Shown here: positions 57,980 through 64,000 of the stretch, piece by piece | How the letters are laid out: every line of letters starts with the position of its first letter | Numbering within the stretch: the stretch's first letter is position 1 | Assembly (NCBI RefSeq): GCF_038025025.1 | Contig: NW_027117339.1 | Coordinates: 2,046,001-2,110,000 of the forward strand | Length of the DNA stretch: 64,000 bases | From: Phyllosticta citribraziliensis | Taxonomy: Eukaryota | Direction: 5' to 3' | The notes under the pieces: model-generated | Seen by the model: only the letters and a program-made list of their open reading frames with translations | Told to the model about the DNA's origin: nothing | Databases searched by the model: none | Program-made: the position numbers and the translations under genes

Positions 57980-60900
57980 TTAGACATGTTTCTCTTGGAA
58001 ACAATTGGCGAGACGTCGGGTCTGTTCCCTTAGTCAGCAGAAGACAATGCTCCAACCACCCTCGACCCTCAAGTGAGCGGGCGGCTGTCCCCGCATTCTG
58101 AAAGTAAGCTCAGTCGCCGACGGGGTTGGGTGGTTTGAGAAAGAGGTGACCAAAGTGGTTCAAGAACTTCGGCTGCGATGCAGGATGAATCCGGCAGGCG
58201 ACGCAGCTATGAATCATTGGGTTTGGAAATGATATCGACCGTCAAGCGCTTGTGGTGTGGTGGGATTTGGGATTATTGGTCATTACCGCATTCGTTACTG
58301 TGCGAAGCAAGGCTGCAATGTAGGCCCAAGGCATAGGAACATTCCTTGTGAAGTAGCCGAAAGGCTCATGTCTCGGAGGCATAATGGTAGCAGTCCAGCG
58401 CATCAGAGAACGGCTTTTGTTCTGGAGAATCGTCAGAAGACACCGGGCGTTTCTGATGATGTTTCTAGACTTCATTGGATTTGCTGAGATGATGAAGGCC
58501 AAAAGCGACGGAGAGGAAACAGTTTGTCTTCAGCGTGAGCCTCGTTCAATGCTTGCACCGGCCCTCCGACAAGTTAGCGTCCAACATCCTGGATGCGTTG
58601 AGAGAATTAAGACAAGAACTCTACAGCTAGGCGCTTTTTACACTGGCAGTTGAGGTCGTCAAGAGTCTCATCGCCTTTTTCTGACAATTAGTTCAAAATT
58701 TTTCGAGTGCAATTCCAGTTGGAGGAGTAGCACATCCCAAGACCGTCCGCAAATCGACTGTGGAAGGAGCACCTTCTCCGGACCCCAGCATGGCAGTTGG
58801 TTGTTACCTCCCAGCTAATGACCACCCTTGTCGCTCTCGCCACTCCTCCATCACACTGTGACAGTGCAAGCTCGCTCGAAGGCTCCGAACGCGACATCTC
58901 TCGAGCTCCTTCCGCGGCGATGGCGAGAATCCTGGACACCACCAGCCGGTCGTCAGTCTTGCTGCCGCCTCGTCTCGAGACTTTTACACCACTTCAACTC
59001 ACACGCCGATGGAGAACGGTGGAACTTTTGCGTTGCCTTTCCCGGCCACCGACAGCGACATCGACCGCCGGCAGCAACCGAGTCTCATCTCGCTGCTCGT
59101 ACAAAAAACCGACCACACTTGAAACCCGCACGCCCATCATAGGCGATGGATCGTTCAAAACTCCTTCTGGCAGCGACAGCAACACCGGCAACAGATTCAC
59201 CAAGGCTGGTAGTCGGCCTGGATTGCCGTTGCTCATCCACACTCCAACCACACTTGGCACTCACACTTAAATTCCTCCCCTAACGAAACCAACGGAGACA
59301 ACGAACTCCCGAATCCTCCCAATCTGGCTTCATTCAGCGCCACTGCCTCGTTTCGACGCTTCTGCCACATTCCATACACACTTGAGCATCGAGAAAAGAG
59401 GATCTCTCCAAGTTGCTTGACCGAAGATAGCCATAGAGACGGTAACGGTAGATTCCTGCTGTTCGTAGGTGGTCGCACTTGAACGACACTTCAAGCCCAC
59501 TCAATCGATGCTAGCGAAGGATCTCTCGGAATCCTTCCATAGACCACAGACAGCAACAGCAAACGACTTTGGCAGTCAACAATCAAGCAGCAATTCATGG
59601 GAAAGCTTGCCGGGGGACCAGCCAGCCGCCTTGAGTGGAGCAGTCGATGGTGCGAGACTGACTTCTCGCGACGACAAGGCGAACCGACCACAACTCGCAC
59701 CGTCTCGGCAGCGCTTTTGGTGTTTGACGGTCGAGGAGCCCACTGAGCTGGCCAGAAATGGAAGAATCCGGTAAGAGTGTGCGGAGTGAACGAGCAAAGG
59801 ACAAGACACGCCGTCGAGAGACACAGAAAGAGTTTCTTCTGTCCGTCTCGACAATACCGAGCCAGACAAAGCGTCAAGCATGAGCAGGGTGGCCAATTTC
59901 ACAATTGACGCAGTGTGCCATGCAACCACGCAGTCTTGGAACGCGATGGGTATCTCGAACTCTGGTTTGGACCGTTGACAAGTGTCAGACACGACAACCA
60001 GGAGACAGCGCACTGTTGGACCGCATCCGCAACAGAGCGAGCCTGGCCAACAGCGAGCTCGAGCACGAGCACGAGCACTCAGCGTTTCTGGAGGGGAACA
60101 ACAGAGGCCGACGATGCAGTCGATCAGCTCAGTTCAAGACCAAGCGCACCTCAAGGCTCGACAAGCAGTCTCATAGCCTACAGCCTTCGTGCCCGCCCCA
60201 ACACGACCGTCTCCTCTGACAGCAAGGCCTCAAAGTGCAGGTGATGGCGGAGAGCGGGTGCTTGGGAAGGAGGGTGATGGTGACGGTTGTACGTCAAGGA
60301 CAGTTCCCCCATGCTGACGGCACGCGAAGGATTCCTTCACCAAGCACGAACCGGCCAGCGCCTCTCGAGCACACGGTGACGCCCGTCGCAGCGTTGCAAA
60401 CGGCAGATTCAATTCGTTCGGGTTGGAGGCAGGTCATTGACCGACCGGGCACCATCGTACGAAGACACAGGAATGCGTGTCGCCCGACGGGTCGTGCAGT
60501 CGGGGCAGCGGTACGGCAAGAAGATGGAAAGGGTGCGCAACAAACAGGCAGGCAGGTACAGAGCGGAGTTTGGTTTGTGCTCTGGTGCGGCCAGGCAAAG
60601 GTGAATCAACGACGGTTCCGCTGTCGTTCAAGACACTGGCATGTTTGGAGCAGGTGGTAGGTAGAGCCGGAGCATGGTGTTTGCTCGAGGCCGGGTGGGA
60701 ACGGTAGGTACCAGGTGGGAGTACCTAGTGCAACGCCGGGTCTTGTCACGAACCGTTGGCACGTTGTCGAGTCGAAGAGGAAGCATGGTCAAAATGATGA
60801 ATTGTTGCTGCCTGCTTCTAATTTTGCGAGGGGAATGGAATCAGAGCACTCATTCTTGGAGCGCAGCAAAGCAGTGACGACGCATTGGGTTGCGTATACA

Positions 60901-61147
60901 GCCGCGTACAGTACAGGGCTGCCTACCTTTGCATGTTGTCTCTCTCCTATTCTTCCGTGTGTGGCAGGCTGACGGGAGTAGCATTCGAGACTTCTAGAAG
61001 GCAGACGGCCACGTGTGGGATTCGTCAAGGGCGAAGCGGAAGGGTGAAGAGCCGGGGCCGTTGCACGACTGGCAGTCTTGGCGGTAGAAGCATTCCGGAT
61101 CCGACGCGGTCAGCGTCTGAAGTGCTCTCACACGGCCGAGGTATGTC

Positions 61148-61174
61148 GAAGAAGAAGAAGAAGAAGAAGAAGAA
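61148..61174. repeat. (GAA)9 microsatellite
   Basis: Nine GAA units counted directly, about 1.15 kb upstream of the ACE1/SltA ATG. Confidence 0.9.
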
Positions 61175-62327
61175 ACGTCGTAAGCTAGCGGACCTGAGGG
61201 CTGTGACGGGGCTTGGCGCGGGGTCGCTGTGGTGCGGCGGTGCTGGCGCGGTGGCTCCGGTGAGGTCAGAGGCCAGGATCAGGGCGCTCTTCGCTGGGGG
61301 TTTGGCCTTTCGGTCGGGTTCGCGTCATTCACGCAGAAGAAGGGTTTGGCTGGGGAGAGGCATGTTTTTGAGCCTGGGCCAAGGTAGGAGCAGGCTTGAT
61401 GCCGTCGAGTGGTACGCCCGTAAGACTGGACGACCAAAGCCGAGTACCTCGCTGCAAGGCTGGAACGTGTGTCGGTGCAAAGTCTGCAAAGTCGGACGGT
61501 TGAGCGCTGGCACAATTATATGGAAGCAGGAGGTTCCGGAGGAGGTCGTAGCATATTCGCCTTTGAGGCGGGCAAGATGGAGGCAGTGCATGCGAAAGCG
61601 ACGGCGGTGCGAGGTGGAGCGAGGTGCAATCCGAGCGGGCCGCGCGCGGGCCAAGGCTGAGTGGGTGTCCAAGAGGGGGCAGAGATGCGAAGCGAGTCGC
61701 TGAGATGCCGTCGAGGCTTGAAACGGCGACATGGCGCGAGGCGCGAGGCCCTGCGGTGTGCACCGGCGGCACCAGGGCTGACCTGACCCGCGTCCGCGTC
61801 CGCGCTGCTGCCTAAACCATCCTCATCAACACCGGCCTCCGCTCTGCTTCACCACTTTTCCTTCCTCCTCCTTCACCTTCACCACAACCTCGCTCGCACC
61901 ACCGACTCCTCCACCCGGTTCCACTCGACACTCCCGTCCCAGCCGTCCAAGCGTCAATCGCCCAAGTGCTTGCTCTGACGCCTTACTCATATACTCGCCA
62001 TTCGCCCCCAGCGCCCTCTTCTCCCTCTCGCCTCAGTCCACCACCTTCAAACCTTGCCGTCCCTCCCATCACCAGCCTCAGCCTTGCGCTGCATGTAGTT
62101 GACGACACCGCCGCGTCAACGACCTGTCGTCTGCCGCCCTACTCTTGATCCAACACGCTCCAAGCCCCTCGACCCTGCCTCTTCCTTCACCGGGCCCTGC
62201 CCTCTGATTCGACAATCACTGCGTCTTGGACACCAATCGCTGGTGAGTCATACCGTCTCGACACCGCCCTCCCACTCGGTCCAACGAGTTGACCCTCTGC
62301 AAAGCGGCTTATCCCCCTACCGTCAAC

Positions 62328-64000
62328 ATGGCTGCCAATCAAGTCAACCCCCGCCGCCGTCCTCAAAAGGACCATTCCGTCCAGATGCCGCCGCCGCCGC
62401 TCATGACGAGCCATCTTCGCAAAGCCGGAACCTTCCACTCTCCAACCAACGTCTCCTCTGATCTCGTCAACCCCCTCAACCATCACTCCATGCCCAAGCG
62501 CTCCGAGACCAACCCGCACTCTCTCGAGCAGCTCCTCGACGCTGGCCAGAGCAGGGTTGCTGGCCTCCTCGCCGAGTTTGACAACGTCTTGTCCGGCAAG
62601 ACGGCTCCTGATGCCAGCATCCTAAAGGACGAACAGGTCCTGCCCGTTCCCTCTTTCATGTTGGGCAACCACTCCGTGGCCGACCCGGATGCTATGCAAA
62701 TCGACTCCAAGCCCGCTGCTGTGGACCACCACCACGTCTCTGACAGCGGCCTTGGCTCATCTGTCAGTGGCTCCGTCCACGGTATGTTGACCTCCTCCTG
62801 CTCCTCCTTGCCCGGGATGCTGACCTTTGAAGGTGCTCGCCGTGCCCGGTCTACTCAGTCTGCTGCGGCCTCACGATCGGCCGTCACTCAGTCATACTCG
62901 AGTCTCTCTGGCTCTGCCACCAAGACCCGCGGCCTCAGCAAACAAGCCTACGGTGTCATCCAGACCCGCATTATCCGTCCAATTCTCCGCGAGCCGTCCT
63001 TGAGGGAATTCCACCCCTTGATCAAGGACGTTCCCTCGCGAATTGGCTCGAAGGACATCACCAACCTCCGCGACCTCGAGAAGACGCTCATCTTCCTCGC
63101 TCCCGTAAGTGTTGATTCTTCAGATATTTCAAGTTCTTTGGCTCACGTGTGTCGCCAATTAAAGCAATACGCCGCCTCGCCAGCCAAGTACAAGCGATTC
63201 TGCGAAACGAGCGTTGCCTTTATTGCCGACACTGTCTCTCACATCTGTGAAGCCGACCAACGTCTGCCGACCGACCGCCCTTATACGACTAACTATTTCC
63301 TCGACCTGGTTGAACAGATCCGTAGGTACGCCGCCATCATGGCTGCTTCCAGGGTGAAAAAGGCTTCCGGCGAAGCCGCGGGAGAGGTGGATTACTCGTC
63401 GTACGTATCTCGCAAAGTCTTGGCGTATGAGTCACAGCGCGCTAATCACGTTTATAGAGACGAAAAGGTCGTCCTCCAGGGCGGCCTCAGTAAGAACGGC
63501 CAACCCGCTCAGCTCGTCCGCGAGAAGGATGGCAAGATGATCCCCCTTGTTTCCGACGCCGAGCAGGCGGCCTCTCTGGCCCACCTCAAGCGTCCACTTG
63601 ACGCCGGTGTGGAAGAAGAGGACGACGACGTCTACCGCTCAATGGCCAGGCGCCGCAAGTCTGACCGTCCTGGTGATGTCAAGCACATTTGCTCCGAGTG
63701 CCGCAAGACCTTTGAGCGCCCGTGCGATCTGACGAAGCACGAGAAGACGCACTCCCGCCCCTGGAAGTGCCCGGAACTCAAGTGCAAGTACCACAACGCA
63801 GGCTGGCCCACGGAGAAGGAGCGTGACCGCCACGTCAATGACAAGCACACTGCTACCCCTGCGCAGTACAAGTGCCTCTTCCACCCATGCGCCTACTCGT
63901 CCAAGCGCGAGTCGAACTGCAAGCAGCACATGGAGAAGGCCCACGGTTGGACCTATGTCCGTTCCAAGGCCAACGGCAAGGGACCCAAGAAGTCGACTGG
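62328..64000 (+). CDS. ace1: C2H2 zinc-finger transcription factor ACE1/SltA (3' end outside window); introns 62782-62832, 63105-63164, 63401-63457; probable 5'UTR intron 62243-62304
   Basis: NPRRR..LRKAGTFHSP, SDSGLGSS, LRDLEKTLIFLAP, DRPYTTNYFLDLVEQI, RSMARRRK, and three fingers CSECRKTFERPCDLTKHEKTHSRPWKCP..CKYH..GWPTEKERDRHVNDKH..YKCLFHPCAYSSKRESNCKQHMEKAHGWTYVRSK. Confidence 0.93.
   Translation, partial: MAANQVNPRRRPQKDHSVQMPPPPLMTSHLRKAGTFHSPTNVSSDLVNPLNHHSMPKRSETNPHSLEQLLDAGQSRVAGLLAEFDNVLSGKTAPDASILKDEQVLPVPSFMLGNHSVADPDAMQIDSKPAAVDHHHVSDSGLGSSVSGSVHGMLTSSCSSLPGMLTFEGARRARSTQSAAASRSAVTQSYSSLSGSATKTRGLSKQAYGVIQTRIIRPILREPSLREFHPLIKDVPSRIGSKDITNLRDLEKTLIFLAPVSVDSSDISSSLAHVCRQLKQYAASPAKYKRFCETSVAFIADTVSHICEADQRLPTDRPYTTNYFLDLVEQIRRYAAIMAASRVKKASGEAAGEVDYSSYVSRKVLAYESQRANHVYRDEKVVLQGGLSKNGQPAQLVREKDGKMIPLVSDAEQAASLAHLKRPLDAGVEEEDDDVYRSMARRRKSDRPGDVKHICSECRKTFERPCDLTKHEKTHSRPWKCPELKCKYHNAGWPTEKERDRHVNDKHTATPAQYKCLFHPCAYSSKRESNCKQHMEKAHGWTYVRSKANGKGPKKST

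Noticed and set aside
60885..61703. 272-aa ORF with poly-lysine
   Set aside because: The poly-K derives from the (GAA)9 microsatellite; non-ATG start and no protein-like features.

Overview
Gene-dense nuclear DNA from a filamentous ascomycete (Pezizomycotina, probably Dothideomycetes; inferred from gene content and short GT-AG introns with CTRAC/CTRAY branch sites). About 21 protein-coding genes are supportable. Left part: the 3' end of COA6, a DUF2263/bacterial-type PARG macrodomain gene, mitochondrial AsnRS, mitoferrin (MRS3/4), a SAP1/YTA6 spastin-type AAA ATPase, a secreted intradiol dioxygenase-like protein, SGS1 RecQ helicase and a sugar porter. Middle: a small Cys-rich CaaX protein, SDH7, MTQ2, an ASPM-like CH/IQ protein, a Zn2Cys6 transcription factor, an ALKBH2/3-type dioxygenase, JAC1 and an AT-hook-like/poly-Q protein. 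Right part: two MFS transporters, a secreted lysozyme/GH19-like protein, a membrane-anchored fucose-lectin-like propeller and the 5' part of the C2H2 factor ACE1/SltA. COA6 and ACE1 are not recoverable from the ORF track. The most unusual signals are: (i) an 82-nt Pol III tRNA-like gene with all four stems intact but several invariant bases replaced (G33, G14, G21), just downstream of the AlkB gene; (ii) a secreted protein with GH19-like motifs; (iii) a putative prenylated Zn-binding microprotein; and (iv) a 2-kb ORF-poor, hairpin-rich and apparently spliced interval between AlkB and JAC1 (candidate structured lncRNA). No CRISPR array, rRNA or intact transposon was seen. All family assignments are from motif recognition by eye; no database search was run.
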